A stretch of DNA of 64,000 bases from an uncultured Verrucomicrobiae bacterium (GCA_963772365.1 CAVYXA010000004.1:37761-101760); one strand, 5' to 3'. Counted from the stretch's first letter, positions 34,853-45,858 are shown. The notes: generated by a model not told the origin, from the sequence alone. Translations and numbers: made by a program.

Positions 34853-35329
34853 ATGGCCCGGCCTCATCACGTCTCTTCTCGGGAGATTGAGCGGAAATTC
34901 CTGATCAAGCGCTTGCCGCTGCAAATTCTTCGGTCGCGTCATTTCCAACTGGCCCAAGGGTATCTGGCCAATGAACAGGGCGGGCGTCATGTGCGCTTGC
35001 GGAAAAAAGGCGGGACGATGTCGCTCACATTCAAGGTCGGCCGAGGTGCAGCCCGAGAGGAGCGCGAGATTCGACTGAGCCCGAAGCAATTTGCGACCTT
35101 ATGGCCCGCCACACGTGGGCGGCGTCTGCGCAAAACGCGCTACGAAGTGCCGTGGAAAAATCTCGTGATCGAGATCGACATGTATCACGGATCTAATGAC
35201 GGCCTCGTGGTGGCTGAAGTAGAGTTTCCCAGCCATGCCAGCTGCCGCAAATTCAAACCGCCACGCTGGTTTGGGCGAGAAATCACCGGCGAGAAACGCT
35301 ACAGCAATGTGAGGCTCGCCACTGAATAA
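34853..35329 (+). CDS. CYTH domain protein (triphosphate tunnel metalloenzyme)
   Basis: An EIERKFLI (ExExK) N-terminal signature, size of 158 aa, and a LVVAEVEF strand. Confidence 0.75.
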   Translation: MARPHHVSSREIERKFLIKRLPLQILRSRHFQLAQGYLANEQGGRHVRLRKKGGTMSLTFKVGRGAAREEREIRLSPKQFATLWPATRGRRLRKTRYEVPWKNLVIEIDMYHGSNDGLVVAEVEFPSHASCRKFKPPRWFGREITGEKRYSNVRLATE

Positions 35330-35347
35330 ATCATCTTTCCGCGAGCG

Positions 35348-36265
35348 ATGAGCTACCGATTGAAATCGGACGAAAGACCTTCCGAAGGCCTGAAGCGAAT
35401 CTTCCGGCAGGAAATCGAGGCCGCGATCGAATTATGTCGTCATCCTGCCGAGGAACGCGGCGTGACCGTTCACGAAGTTCGCAAGCACCTCAAGAAACTT
35501 CGGGCTGCGCTCCGGCTTGCTGCGGACGAAGTGGGGAAAGATCGACATACTCGCGAGGACCGCAACCTGCGCGACATCGGGAAACTCGTCTCAGACCTAC
35601 GCGACGCGCAGGTCCGCCTGCAAACATTCGATCAACTTCGGGACGTGATGATAAAACGCACCGGCTGCAACCCCTTTCCCACTATCGAACAATTACTGTC
35701 GATGGAACGCGATAGTTTCTCGGCGGCATTCGCTGGCTGGCAGAAGCAAGCGATCCCAAAGCTGGAAGAGGTGAGAGATCGTCTTTCGAAATGGCCCACG
35801 GAAGGAATCAACTGGAAACAGATTTGCGCCGCTGTGGCCAAGACCTACAAGCGTGGCCAGCGTCGGCTGCAAAAGGCGATTAAAAACCCGGAGCCGGAAA
35901 ATTTACATGCGTGGCGTCAACGGATGAAGGATCTGTGGTATCAACTGCGGATTGTGCAGCCCCTGAACCGGCTGGTGCTGGAGGAGATTGCCATAGATGC
36001 AAAGACGTTAGGCGAATTGCTTGGGCGTGGCCACGATTACACGTTTCTGCTTCTGCGGCTGAAGAATGAACGCGGCGATGAAGCATTAGACGCTGAACTC
36101 GATCAATTGGAAAGGCTGATTCAGAAACGAAGCGCGAAACTAAATCTGGACGCACTGGAACTGGGTCGCCGCTTTTATGCCGAACCAGCCAAGGCTTTCG
36201 CCAAGCGCATCTCGATCTTCATTGGGAAGAAGAAGAGCCGCCATAGAAGACGACTGCCGCGCTGA
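35348..36265 (+). CDS. CHAD domain protein
   Basis: All-helical and basic. It has VHEVRKHLKKLRAALRL and HAWRQRMKDLWYQLRI repeats typical of CHAD, and it directly follows the CYTH gene. Confidence 0.75.
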   Translation: MSYRLKSDERPSEGLKRIFRQEIEAAIELCRHPAEERGVTVHEVRKHLKKLRAALRLAADEVGKDRHTREDRNLRDIGKLVSDLRDAQVRLQTFDQLRDVMIKRTGCNPFPTIEQLLSMERDSFSAAFAGWQKQAIPKLEEVRDRLSKWPTEGINWKQICAAVAKTYKRGQRRLQKAIKNPEPENLHAWRQRMKDLWYQLRIVQPLNRLVLEEIAIDAKTLGELLGRGHDYTFLLLRLKNERGDEALDAELDQLERLIQKRSAKLNLDALELGRRFYAEPAKAFAKRISIFIGKKKSRHRRRLPR

Positions 36266-36326
36266 GACAATGCGGCTGCCCACCAGCGAGTGCGTGCGGT
36301 CGCCAGATTCGAAACTGCTCTCGCTT

Positions 36327-38345
36327 TTAAGGCAGGTTTTGTTTGATTATCGTGACGTCGCTCGAGTTAATGCCGCCGCTGACATTTACATCTGAACGGA
36401 AATTAGACGGGGTGACCGTCTGACCAATTTGGCCCTTCGTTTGGGCGATATCAGCTGAACTGACATTGCCGCTGGCATTGGTATCGCCGGTGATTCTTGT
36501 CATTGGAATAATTACATCCGTCGCAGGCCTATCCGCTGCGGCGTTTACTCCATTTAGTCGGACGTTGATCGTTTGGTCGTCGGCAACATTGGTCAGAGGG
36601 ATGGTCACGACCGTACCACTCACGCCGACCGTTCCGCCGTTGCAGGCGCCCCCACTTCCGACACAGCCTGCACCTGATATCACTTCGGCTTGAGGCGAGC
36701 CAGTTACCGTTACATTGCCGGAGAAGGTGACCACCATTGTGTAATCGTTAGTGGCGCCTCCGGTCCGACACTCGATGCCCGGCGTGCCGGTAAGCGGTAG
36801 ATTGACATCAAAAGTGCCCGCCGCGCCGTGCATCTTTCGAGACACGGCGCTAGTCACCGTGGGTGCCCCTCCTGAGAAGACGAGCGTGTCGGTGTAAAGA
36901 TCAAAGGCGTGCAATGTCCCGTTCGCGTTCGTGCCGTCGCAGTTCGCGTTGTCCGCCCACACCGTGAACAACTTGCCCGCATGCGCGGATTGACCCACAT
37001 AGTCACCATAATCGACTCCATTTGCCGCCGCGGCCGCATTCGAGAAACCGCCGCTCAGCCTGACATTCGCCGCCCAAGTTGCACCGCCATCAGTGCTGTA
37101 GGTGCCGTAGTATTCCGCATCGTCGTTAGGGGTATTATTTGTGCCGCCTGAACCGGGCACGCCGTTGTCATTGCGACAATCGTGGAATCCTACCGCGACG
37201 TGACCATTTGTCCGATCGAGTGTGATGTAGGGCAGGAACTGGCTTCGAATAGGCCCTATTGGGTCATCATTCACGCGCACCGGAGCTGTCCATGTCGCGC
37301 CATCGTCGGTCGAGGTCCGCAGGTAAATCTCGGTATCGTTATTCTCGTTGACCGTTTCCTCTGTGTAGACCAGGTAGATGCGGTCGTTGAATGGCCCTCC
37401 GGTTGCATCCCATACTAGCCCGGCCTCAGAATCGATCGAGCGCCCGTTCTGGGCCGGGATGAAATCGAAGCCGCCGACATTGGTCGTCGTTACTGTTATT
37501 CGTGCGCCGAAGCCGCCGGCTCCCAAACCGTCCGCATCCACATTTGCGTAAATTGTTGCCGGCCCCTGCCCACCAGTCGGGTTTTGATACGCCACGATGA
37601 CTTTGCCGCCGTTTAGGCCGGGGCCAACAGCGATTCCTCCGAAGCTGCCGGTCGCTGACGGGATGGACTGTTGCGGGTTGAAAGGTCCAAAAACACCAAG
37701 ACCGGCCACCGGCGCGCCGCGCGCGACCATACTTCCGTTCTGATTCCAATCGACCCACACGCTGCCATTGCCCACAGCGATCGAAGGCTGATCGATGCTG
37801 CCTGTCCCAACGGTTAGCGGTGCGCTGAATGTTGCGCCGCCGTCGGTGCTCAGGATAACATTGATTTGGTTGACGCTGTTGTTGATGTAGACCAGGAACA
37901 GGTTGCCGAACGTGTCCCACGCCGCCTGCGCGTCACAACACGCGACGTTGGTGGCTACCGTGCCGCGCGTCCAAGTCGCACCGCCATCTATTGAATACCC
38001 GCGGAAAATGCTGTTAGCGCTGGCCAGGTTGGAGAACGCGACCAGGTTATTTGTGTTGGTCGGGTTAACGACAACGAAACTCTCAGCCTCGTTGCCGGAC
38101 CGCATGCTGACGTTTACCACCGGCTCCAGGCAAGTCAGCGGCTCAAATAAATTGGTGAGTATCGGGAAACGGTTCTCAGGCTTTATGCATTTGCGTGTAC
38201 CGTCGGGCACATTCCTGGTGTCCTTCGGCACCAGCAGTTGGGCCTGCAAAGTAGAGGTGAGAGCGGGAAGGAATGCGCAAACGGTGGCAAACGCAACGAG
38301 GCGAGATTTTTTCATATGTCGTGGACTGGTAGTAAGATTGGCCAC
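36327..38345 (-). CDS. Secreted BNR/sialidase-like beta-propeller protein with a C-terminal SRKxHG + dockerin-like module
   Basis: Four Asp-box motifs (SIDGGATW, STDGGATF, STDDGATW, STDGGATW). The likely start is MKKSRL at 38315, which gives a signal peptide. The last 172 aa are homologous to the tail of 25544..27532. Confidence 0.7.
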   Translation of the reverse strand: MANLTTSPRHMKKSRLVAFATVCAFLPALTSTLQAQLLVPKDTRNVPDGTRKCIKPENRFPILTNLFEPLTCLEPVVNVSMRSGNEAESFVVVNPTNTNNLVAFSNLASANSIFRGYSIDGGATWTRGTVATNVACCDAQAAWDTFGNLFLVYINNSVNQINVILSTDGGATFSAPLTVGTGSIDQPSIAVGNGSVWVDWNQNGSMVARGAPVAGLGVFGPFNPQQSIPSATGSFGGIAVGPGLNGGKVIVAYQNPTGGQGPATIYANVDADGLGAGGFGARITVTTTNVGGFDFIPAQNGRSIDSEAGLVWDATGGPFNDRIYLVYTEETVNENNDTEIYLRTSTDDGATWTAPVRVNDDPIGPIRSQFLPYITLDRTNGHVAVGFHDCRNDNGVPGSGGTNNTPNDDAEYYGTYSTDGGATWAANVRLSGGFSNAAAAANGVDYGDYVGQSAHAGKLFTVWADNANCDGTNANGTLHAFDLYTDTLVFSGGAPTVTSAVSRKMHGAAGTFDVNLPLTGTPGIECRTGGATNDYTMVVTFSGNVTVTGSPQAEVISGAGCVGSGGACNGGTVGVSGTVVTIPLTNVADDQTINVRLNGVNAAADRPATDVIIPMTRITGDTNASGNVSSADIAQTKGQIGQTVTPSNFRSDVNVSGGINSSDVTIIKQNLP

Positions 38346-38438
38346 GAGTATTGAATCATTTTAAAAAAAAAGTCGAGTCTATTTCAGCTGTGGAACGGGG
38401 GGATCGAATCGGCCCGCCATCCTGCGATTGACAGCAAT

Positions 38439-38882
38439 TTGAAAAAGCGAATCGTGATTCTGTTCCATATGAATCTGTTCCGCAGCATCATAATCTATGT
38501 CCTCGGAATCGGCTTATCGGGTGGTATGTCCGCAGCGCGGGCACAAGTGAATAGTGCGGAACAAACACCGCACTTTGCGATCACTCCCTCAAAAGTTGAT
38601 GCCGCTTCGCTGCAGAAAAAAGCTGCTCAAGCCCAGGTCCGGATTAACGCCAACAGCGACGACCGCGATCAATTGAGGAGGGCGGTTAAGGTTAACGAGC
38701 CTGGCCTGGCTAAGGAAGTTCTCATCAGAAACGGATTCACTGCTGAAGATCTGGAAAATGCGAAGATTATTTTACGAACGGGCGGAGGAAAAGATTCCGA
38801 GGACAAAATCGAGATCTCTGCCACGTGTTGTGAACCTAAGGAAATCGTAATTCAACGATCGCTGCCTTACTTCACCAAGTAA
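38439..38882 (+). CDS. Hypothetical small secreted protein
   Basis: 147-aa ORF with a signal-like segment (IIIYVLGIGLSGGMSAARAQ). I recognise no family. Confidence 0.4.
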   Translation: MKKRIVILFHMNLFRSIIIYVLGIGLSGGMSAARAQVNSAEQTPHFAITPSKVDAASLQKKAAQAQVRINANSDDRDQLRRAVKVNEPGLAKEVLIRNGFTAEDLENAKIILRTGGGKDSEDKIEISATCCEPKEIVIQRSLPYFTK

Positions 38883-38929
38883 TTCTAACAGGAAGATCGG
38901 AAATTAGGACGCACTGCAGCGAAACAAAG

Positions 38930-38960
38930 CTACACAGGAAGCTGTCAGCTTCCCCTACAC
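38930..38960. repeat. Family C GTAG-REP overlapping the sixA 3' end
   Basis: The minus strand reads GTGTAGGGGAAGCTGACAGCTTCCTGTGTAG. The last codons of sixA (ACRGS) and its TGA are read from this unit. Confidence 0.65.
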
Positions 38961-39412
38961 GCGATCCGGGGCGGGAAAAGCCAGAGCAATCGCCCCGCGA
39001 GCGAGGAAAGATCGACATCGATCAGAGCGACACCGCCTTTCGAAAGTTTGAGCGACGCTCCGGTCAGTGCTGCGATCGCGCCTGTAAAATCCGGCTCGTG
39101 ACCAACGAGCATTGGGTCTTCGTCGGCATATTTTTCCAGCAGCTCTTCCAACTCTCGTTTCCCAAACCCCGGCGCGAGTAATTTTTCTTCCCGACACTTT
39201 GCCTTTAGACATTTTGCGGCAATCTCCGCAGTCTGCGCCGCTCTTGGCAGAGGGCTGGTCAGGATAATAGATGGCTTGGCTTTAACCCGGCGAAGGAACT
39301 TGCCAATTTCGCTCATTTCCTTTTTGCCGGCCTTCGTGAGGGGCCGCTCGTCGTCCGGTTTTTTCCAATTCGGCCAGTCGGCCTGACCATGTCTGAGAAA
39401 GTAAAGCCGCAT
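38945..39412 (-). CDS. sixA: Histidine phosphatase family protein, SixA-like
   Basis: MRLYFLRHGQA (the RHG catalytic motif), a size of 155 aa, and LVGHEPD. Confidence 0.7.
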   Translation of the reverse strand: MRLYFLRHGQADWPNWKKPDDERPLTKAGKKEMSEIGKFLRRVKAKPSIILTSPLPRAAQTAEIAAKCLKAKCREEKLLAPGFGKRELEELLEKYADEDPMLVGHEPDFTGAIAALTGASLKLSKGGVALIDVDLSSLAGRLLWLFPPRIACRGS

Positions 39413-39444
39413 TGTCGATGTTAATTCTTCCTCTTACTCATCGT

Positions 39445-39476
39445 CGGCTGCGGCGCGCCTGGCTGCCGCGCCCTAC
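39445..39476. repeat. Probable single Family C REP in the sixA / ROK-kinase spacer
   Basis: The minus strand reads GTAGGGCGCGGCAGCCAGGCGCGCC: a GTAG head followed by a GGCGCG/CGCGCC stem. Confidence 0.35.
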
Positions 39477-39480
39477 CAAA

Positions 39481-40170
39481 TCACATGATTCGCCATTTCG
39501 GGCGGCCTGTCTTCGAGTCAATTTGCCACATTCGTTCTCCGCCTAAAAACGCATTACGATTATGGCCGCGTTCGATTCCTTCCGGCAGATCGTCAAATTT
39601 CTTCACGTTTCCGCCGCCTAACACAACGTAATCGGCGATTAATGATTTCTTTAAATGCTCGACCGCATTCACGACCTCGCGTCGCCATTTTTTTTCGCCC
39701 AGCTCGATCATTCCCGATTTGCCCAGGAAATCTTCGATGGCTCGTCCATCGCGGTACGGAAGGTCGCCCAATTCCAGCTGCAGGACGGCATTGCTCCAGA
39801 CCAGAGCCGATCCGAGGCCGGTGCCAAGCCCGAGAAAAAGCATTCGTCCGCCGTGATAACTGCCCAGCGCCTGGAGAGAAGCGTCATTGATAAGGCGAAC
39901 CGGTTTGCCGAATGCTTTCTCAAAGTTAAAGCCAATCCAGCCGCTGCCGAGATGTTTGGGTTCGCTCATGATTTCCCCATTGAGAACGGGAGCCGGGAAT
40001 CCAATTGAGATCGCATCGAACTTCCAATCGCTTACGAGCGGTTTCGTCTCGGCCACCAGCCGGCGCGGCGTCAGGTCAGGACCCGATTTAAATTTTCGCT
40101 TTTCCGCCCGCGAGATCATCAGCTTCACGTGGTTGCCGCCGATGTCGACGACCAGCACAGCCTTTTTCAT
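39481..40170 (-). CDS. Short ROK family sugar kinase, polyphosphate glucokinase-like
   Basis: VLVVDIGGNHVK (phosphate-1 loop), LINDASLQALG and LGLGTGLGSAL blocks. It lacks the Zn-Cys motif, as PPGK-type ROK kinases do. Its start overlaps the ppk1 stop by 4 nt. Confidence 0.6.
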   Translation of the reverse strand: MKKAVLVVDIGGNHVKLMISRAEKRKFKSGPDLTPRRLVAETKPLVSDWKFDAISIGFPAPVLNGEIMSEPKHLGSGWIGFNFEKAFGKPVRLINDASLQALGSYHGGRMLFLGLGTGLGSALVWSNAVLQLELGDLPYRDGRAIEDFLGKSGMIELGEKKWRREVVNAVEHLKKSLIADYVVLGGGNVKKFDDLPEGIERGHNRNAFLGGERMWQIDSKTGRPKWRIM

Positions 40171-42374
40171 GGTTGCTGTTTCAAATCTGCGGCTGTGATC
40201 GGGATAAGCTTCGAGACATTGGGACGTTTTGGCGGCGGCCGAAGTTTTTTCATGCGGCGACGAGATCGTTCCCGAAAATGAAGCTGTGCCTGGGATCGCG
40301 GCTCCTGTCCTTCAGGTCTTAGCCGGCGGTAGCTACCATCAGGTTGAAGCTCCCTTGATTTGACGCGGTCATGCAGAAAATTCGGGAGGATCTCGTTGAT
40401 GATGTGAGCCCGAAGCGGTAGCGATTCGATTGGAAATGTAATCTCAATCCGCCGCAGAAAATTGCGCGGCATCCAATCGGCGCTGGCCAGGAACAGATCC
40501 GGTTCTCCACCGTTTGCAAAGTAGTAGATCCGACTATGCTCGAGGAATCTGCCGACGATGCTGATGACGCGGATGTTTTCGCTCAAGCGCGGAATCTTCG
40601 GCCGCAAACAGCAAATGCCGCGCACGATCAAATCGATGGTCACGTCGGCGCAGGAGGCCTCATAGAGCTTTTCGATGACGTCCTGATCGACTAACGAATT
40701 AAGCTTGGCCACGATTCGAGCGGGTTTGCCCGCTCGGGCATGATCGCGCTCGCGTTCGATCAATCCGATGAGGCGCTGCTTCAAATCGAAGGGCGCGACC
40801 ATCAGTTTTTTGAGACCAGGATAGCCGGCCAGGCCGGTCAGCGTGTTGAAGACGATGGCGACTTCATCGGTCAGCTCTGGCTCGCTCGTAAGCAGGCTGA
40901 AATCGGTGTAAATGCGCGCGGTCCGCGGATGATAATTTCCCGTACCGAGATGGACATAATTGCGGAGCCTGTCGGCATCCCGGCGCACTACCAAAAGGGC
41001 TTTACAATGGGTCTTTAATCCGACCACGCCATAAATGACGTGCGCGCCGGCTTCTTCCAGCCGTCGCGCCCATTGAATGTTGACCGCTTCATCGAACCGT
41101 GCGCGCAATTCCACAATCGCTGTCACTTGTTTCCCGGCATTGGCGGCATGGATTAGAGCTTCGACAATCGGCGAATCGCCACTAGTGCGATAAAGGGTGA
41201 TCTTAATCGCAAGCACCTGCGGATCGTTTGCGGCCGCCTCGATGAATTCAACAACGGGATCGAAGCTGTCATAGGGATGATGGAGCAGAACATCCTGGCG
41301 TCGCAGCACCTCAAAAAAATCCGCGTGCTTAGGCAATGCTGGATCGCGAGCCGGCTGAAATGGGCGATCTTTCAAATTGCCAAAGGCGTCATTCGTGACC
41401 AATGGCATCAGGTGCGTCATCGATAATGGTCCGTCCAGCTTGTAGGCGTCGGCTTCGCTGAGGTCGAAAAATTCCAGAAGCAAACCAAGAAAATCCTTTG
41501 GGCAATCAGCCTCGACTTCCAATCGCACCGCATCCCCCCGACTGGAGCGTCGCAACTCCTGTTCAATGGTGCGAAGAAGATTTTCCGCCTCTTCATCGTC
41601 GATGTAGAGATCGCTGTTACGCGTGACCCGAAAGGCATGGACATCATCGAGAATCAAACCCGGGAAAAGCTCCGCGATATGATGTTTGATGAGTGAGGCG
41701 AGATAAATGTAGTCCCACGGCTCATTTTCCGATTTGCCGCGAGGCATCAGAATCAGCCGCGGCAAGACTCGTGGCACCTGAACAATAGCATGGAGCGGTT
41801 CTCCCTGCCGTTTTGTCCGCGCCCGGACTAGCAAGTTGTGGCTTTTGTTCAGAAGCTGCGGAAACGGATGACTGGCATCTACGGCCAGTGGCGTCAGCAT
41901 GGGAAAAACTTCCTGCTGAAAATATCGAAGCGCCCAGGCCGCGCGTTTGGCGGACAACTCAGACATCTCTCGCACCCGAATTCCATTCCTAGTGAGCGCG
42001 GGAAGCAGTTCATTTTTCCAGAGCGCGTATTGCGTCCCGACCAGCTTGCGCACCATTTTCTCTATGCGGTTAAACGTCTCTGTTGGGCTGAGTCCGTCCG
42101 GGCCAATCTTGCTCGTTTCGCTTTCGATTTGCTGTTTGATTCCGGCGACGCGGATCTCAAAAAACTCGTCGAGATTTGAGCTGAAGATGGTGAGAAACTT
42201 TACCCGCTCGACCAGCGGCTGGTTGGCATCCTGCGCCTCTTCAAGAACGCGACGGTTGAACTCGAGCCAGCTTAGCTCCCGATTAATGAAATTTTCCGGC
42301 GCGGAAAAAGATGGAGTGGTGACCGGAAGAACTACCGGTTCTTCGGTACTCGCTTTGGCGATCGCTGGCTCCAC
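40167..42374 (-). CDS. ppk1: Polyphosphate kinase 1
   Basis: 735 aa. FINRELSWLEFNRRVLEEA N-terminus, two PLD-like HKD regions (GLKTHCKALLV; GRFLEHSRIYYF), and LGTGNYHPRTARIYTD. Confidence 0.93.
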   Translation of the reverse strand: MEPAIAKASTEEPVVLPVTTPSFSAPENFINRELSWLEFNRRVLEEAQDANQPLVERVKFLTIFSSNLDEFFEIRVAGIKQQIESETSKIGPDGLSPTETFNRIEKMVRKLVGTQYALWKNELLPALTRNGIRVREMSELSAKRAAWALRYFQQEVFPMLTPLAVDASHPFPQLLNKSHNLLVRARTKRQGEPLHAIVQVPRVLPRLILMPRGKSENEPWDYIYLASLIKHHIAELFPGLILDDVHAFRVTRNSDLYIDDEEAENLLRTIEQELRRSSRGDAVRLEVEADCPKDFLGLLLEFFDLSEADAYKLDGPLSMTHLMPLVTNDAFGNLKDRPFQPARDPALPKHADFFEVLRRQDVLLHHPYDSFDPVVEFIEAAANDPQVLAIKITLYRTSGDSPIVEALIHAANAGKQVTAIVELRARFDEAVNIQWARRLEEAGAHVIYGVVGLKTHCKALLVVRRDADRLRNYVHLGTGNYHPRTARIYTDFSLLTSEPELTDEVAIVFNTLTGLAGYPGLKKLMVAPFDLKQRLIGLIERERDHARAGKPARIVAKLNSLVDQDVIEKLYEASCADVTIDLIVRGICCLRPKIPRLSENIRVISIVGRFLEHSRIYYFANGGEPDLFLASADWMPRNFLRRIEITFPIESLPLRAHIINEILPNFLHDRVKSRELQPDGSYRRLRPEGQEPRSQAQLHFRERSRRRMKKLRPPPKRPNVSKLIPITAADLKQQP

Positions 42375-42386
42375 GTCGGCATCACC

Positions 42387-43073
42387 TCACACGGCGGCAG
42401 CGATTGATTGGTGGCGAATATCCTCGGCGGCAGCGGCGTAAACCGCATCTTCGGCGATGTTCGTGGCGTGATCGCCCACCCTCTCGAGACAGCGCGAGAC
42501 GAAAATCAAATTCAAATAGCCACGAAGTTGATCGGGGTCCTGAGCCATGCGTTCGATGAGACGCTTATTCGCCTGGCGATTCATATCGTCCAAATCTTTG
42601 TCGCGCGGAATCACGCCTCGCGCAAGATCGACATCTTCGCGGGCAAACGCATCCACCGCGTCTTTGAACATCGACATCGCCTGGGCTTGAATCGGCCGGA
42701 TCAATTCCGTCTCCGATAACGGCGGATGCTGGTTCAGTTTGCGCGCCCGGCGGGCGATGTTCGTTGCCTGATCGGCGACTCGCTCAATATTGGGTGAAAG
42801 TTTCATGGCGGAAACAACACGCCGCAAATCGGACGCCACCGGTTGATAGCGCAACAGAATGTCCACGCCATCCTTGTCGATCTGTTTTTCGAGTTGATCG
42901 ATCTCTTCGTCATCGGCGATGGCCGCGGTGCAGAGATTATCGTCGCACTGAAGCAATCCCTTGATGGAGCGATCGAGACAACGCTCGGCCAACCCGGCCA
43001 TCATTAGCACATTGTTGCGCAATGAGCTCAATGCTTCGTCAAAAGTCCCGAGAATATGTTTTGGTGCGATCAT
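42387..43073 (-). CDS. phoU: Phosphate signalling complex protein PhoU
   Basis: Two PhoU repeats with E(R/C)xGDxAxNIA motifs (IERVADQATNIA; LERVGDHATNIA). Confidence 0.9.
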   Translation of the reverse strand: MIAPKHILGTFDEALSSLRNNVLMMAGLAERCLDRSIKGLLQCDDNLCTAAIADDEEIDQLEKQIDKDGVDILLRYQPVASDLRRVVSAMKLSPNIERVADQATNIARRARKLNQHPPLSETELIRPIQAQAMSMFKDAVDAFAREDVDLARGVIPRDKDLDDMNRQANKRLIERMAQDPDQLRGYLNLIFVSRCLERVGDHATNIAEDAVYAAAAEDIRHQSIAAAV

Positions 43074-43112
43074 GAAGCCGATACATCCTGAAATCGTTAG
43101 AACCCTAAGCGA

Positions 43113-43958
43113 TTAGCCGAAGCGGCCGGTAATATAATCTTCTGTCTGCTTTTCGCTCGGGTTTGTGAAAATTTTCGTGGTCGCGCCAAATTCGATCAGC
43201 CGACCCATATAGAAAAAGGCGGTGTAATCGGAAACGCGACCAGCTTGTTGCATGTTGTGTGTGACGATCACGATGGTGAATTGGGTCCGCAGTTCGAAAA
43301 TTAATTCTTCGATCTTGGCCGTGGCGATGGGATCGAGAGCCGAGCACGGCTCGTCCATCAGAATTACTTCCGGTTCGACCGCAAGCGCGCGGGCAATGCA
43401 CAGCCTTTGTTGCTGGCCACCGGAAAGACTCGTCCCCGCCTTGTGCAGATCGTCTTTCACTTCATCCCAGAGTGCAGCCATTCGAAGAGATTTCTCCAAT
43501 CGCTCGTTAAGAAATTTTTTATCGCGCACACCATTCAAACGCAGACCGACGATCACGTTCTCGCCGATGGAAAGGGTCGGAAACGGATTCGACTTTTGGA
43601 AAACCATTCCCACAAGGCGACGCACGATGGCAGGATCGACATCCTGGGAATAAAGATCCTCGCCATCCAAAAGCACCATTCCTTCCATCCGCGTGCGCGG
43701 GACTAGCTCGTGCATCCGATTCAAACACCGCAGGAAGGTCGATTTGCCGCAGCCGCTCGGACCGATGATCGCGGTCACCGCCTTCGAGGGAATATCGAGT
43801 GTGATATTTTCGATTGCTCGTTTTCCACCGTACCACATTGAGAGATTTTTGACCCGAAACGTCAAAGCCATTGATTCGGTTTCCAAACCCGGCTCAGCTT
43901 CATGCGCGCGCTGCTCCACCACGGTTGGATCAGGGGCTGCCATAAGTAAATTTGCCAT
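43113..43958 (-). CDS. pstB: Phosphate ABC transporter ATP-binding protein
   Basis: [45 protein letters not shown] and a C-terminal [10 protein letters not shown]. Confidence 0.93.
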   Translation of the reverse strand: MANLLMAAPDPTVVEQRAHEAEPGLETESMALTFRVKNLSMWYGGKRAIENITLDIPSKAVTAIIGPSGCGKSTFLRCLNRMHELVPRTRMEGMVLLDGEDLYSQDVDPAIVRRLVGMVFQKSNPFPTLSIGENVIVGLRLNGVRDKKFLNERLEKSLRMAALWDEVKDDLHKAGTSLSGGQQQRLCIARALAVEPEVILMDEPCSALDPIATAKIEELIFELRTQFTIVIVTHNMQQAGRVSDYTAFFYMGRLIEFGATTKIFTNPSEKQTEDYITGRFG

Positions 43959-43969
43959 GGTGAGAAATT

Positions 43970-44830
43970 CTAAACAACCGACACCTTGCGCTCCCGGGTG
44001 AGAATTCTCACCAACACATTAACGCAAAAAATTCCGGTGACGAGCACAAGCGCGCCGGCCCAAGCCTGGCGGTGCCAGTCGTCATACGGCGAGATGGCGT
44101 AAGTGAAAATTTGCAACGGAAGGGCGGCGATCGGTTCATTCAAATCGTGGTTCCAAAAACGATTGCCGAACGCGGTAAAAAGAAGCGGTGCGGTTTCGCC
44201 CCCAATGCGGGCCAGCGCGAGGAGCATGCCGGTGATAATTCCTTTCGAGGCGGTCTTCATCACGATATGCACGATGGTTTTCCAGCGAGCCACTCCGAGG
44301 GCGAGGGCGGCTTCGCGGTAACCATTCGGCACGAGCAGAATCACCTCCTCAGTTGTTCGCAGAATGAGCGGGATCATGATGAGACCAAGGGCAAGGCCGC
44401 CGGCATATGCGGAAAAGCCTTTGAAGCGTAAGACAACCAGCCCGTAAACCGCTACCCCCCAGGTGATCGACGGAACGCCGTTGAGCACGTCGGCAACGAA
44501 GCGCAGCATCGAGTTTGCGCGAGCGGTGCCGTATTCAGCCAGGTAAACTCCACCAAGCACACCGACCGGAATGCCAATCGCAGAAGCGAGCGCGAGCAAT
44601 TCGAGCGACCCAAGAATTGCGTTGGCCATTCCACCTCCGGGCTCACCCACTGGCTTTGGCAAATGCGTGAAGAAATCCCAATTCACTGAGCTGGCGCCAT
44701 TGGCGAGGAGATACAGAAAAACCAGCGCGAGCGGCGCGATCACCAGTAGCGCCGAAACAAACGTGGCAGTCATAGCGAGGACATTCTTAATCTTTCGCCA
44801 AACGTGATGATCTGCTCGTGTGGTGTACAT
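43970..44830 (-). CDS. pstA: Phosphate ABC transporter permease PstA
   Basis: Six-TM permease with the EAA-like loop ([15 protein letters not shown]), positioned between pstC and pstB. Confidence 0.88.
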   Translation of the reverse strand: MYTTRADHHVWRKIKNVLAMTATFVSALLVIAPLALVFLYLLANGASSVNWDFFTHLPKPVGEPGGGMANAILGSLELLALASAIGIPVGVLGGVYLAEYGTARANSMLRFVADVLNGVPSITWGVAVYGLVVLRFKGFSAYAGGLALGLIMIPLILRTTEEVILLVPNGYREAALALGVARWKTIVHIVMKTASKGIITGMLLALARIGGETAPLLFTAFGNRFWNHDLNEPIAALPLQIFTYAISPYDDWHRQAWAGALVLVTGIFCVNVLVRILTRERKVSVV

Positions 44831-44832
44831 CG

Positions 44833-45858
44833 TTACTGCACGGCTCGGGTTGTCGATGTTGTCATCATCGTTTTGAGAAGAAGTTGGGCCAGCAGGTTGA
44901 CCAAAATGGTGACGCCGAAGAGCACCAATCCGATCTCGAACAATGCCGCCAGATAAACATCGGTGGTTGCTTCGGTGAACTCATTCGCGATTACGCTGGC
45001 CAGCGTGTAACCGGGCTGGAGCAGAGATGCGGCGATTTGGGGAGTGTTGCCGATCACCATCGTGACCGCCATCGTTTCCCCAAGCGCGCGTCCGAGGCCG
45101 AGAATGACGGCGCCGAACAAACCTTTCCTCGCATAACTCAGGACCGCAATCCGTGTCACTTCCCACTGTGTCGCCCCCAGCGCGTAGGCCGCTTCGCGCT
45201 GCAAGTTCGGAACACTTCGCAGAATCTCACGCGAGACCGACGTGATGATTGGCAAAATCATGACGGCGATGATGAGTCCTCCAGCGAGCATGCTTGGTCC
45301 GTAGTTCGGCCCGGTGAACAACGGCGTCCAAACAAAGAAGCGTTTGAGGAATGGCAAAGAAGGTGTCCATCCGAATACCTGCTTGAGAAATGGAAATGGA
45401 TAATCTCGCAGCCATGGCACCATGACGAAAATTCCCCATAGCCCGAGAATTACGCTCGGGATTGCGGCCAGCATTTCGATTAATGAGACGATCGGCTGCC
45501 GGATCCAGAGGGGCGCGAGTTCAGTCAGATAAACTGCCGTCGCAATGCTCAATGGCACCGCAATCAGCAGAGCAATGAACGATGAGACTAACGTCCCGTA
45601 AATGAACGGCAACGCGCCAAAATCCCCTGCGTTTGGGTCCCAGGTCGATGTTGCGAGAAAATGGAAGCCAAACTTCTGGATGGCAAGGGAAGAGCCGCGG
45701 GCCAGTTGCCAGCCGATGAGGAAGACCAGCACAACCACAGCCATTGCCATTCCAAGCGTAAGCCACTCAAATGCTTTGTCCCCAAACCGCGACGGCGGCT
45801 TCATCTGGGCCGCCGCCGCAGTTTGCATCGGAATCTCCGGTGTAATCGCTCCTGTCAT
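44833..45858 (-). CDS. pstC: Phosphate ABC transporter permease PstC
   Basis: Permease with REAAYALGATQWEV. The annotated ATG at 45856..45858 lies inside the Family A element terminus. An internal ATG (MQTAAAAQ, 45828) is an alternative start. Confidence 0.88.
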   Translation of the reverse strand: MTGAITPEIPMQTAAAAQMKPPSRFGDKAFEWLTLGMAMAVVVLVFLIGWQLARGSSLAIQKFGFHFLATSTWDPNAGDFGALPFIYGTLVSSFIALLIAVPLSIATAVYLTELAPLWIRQPIVSLIEMLAAIPSVILGLWGIFVMVPWLRDYPFPFLKQVFGWTPSLPFLKRFFVWTPLFTGPNYGPSMLAGGLIIAVMILPIITSVSREILRSVPNLQREAAYALGATQWEVTRIAVLSYARKGLFGAVILGLGRALGETMAVTMVIGNTPQIAASLLQPGYTLASVIANEFTEATTDVYLAALFEIGLVLFGVTILVNLLAQLLLKTMMTTSTTRAVQ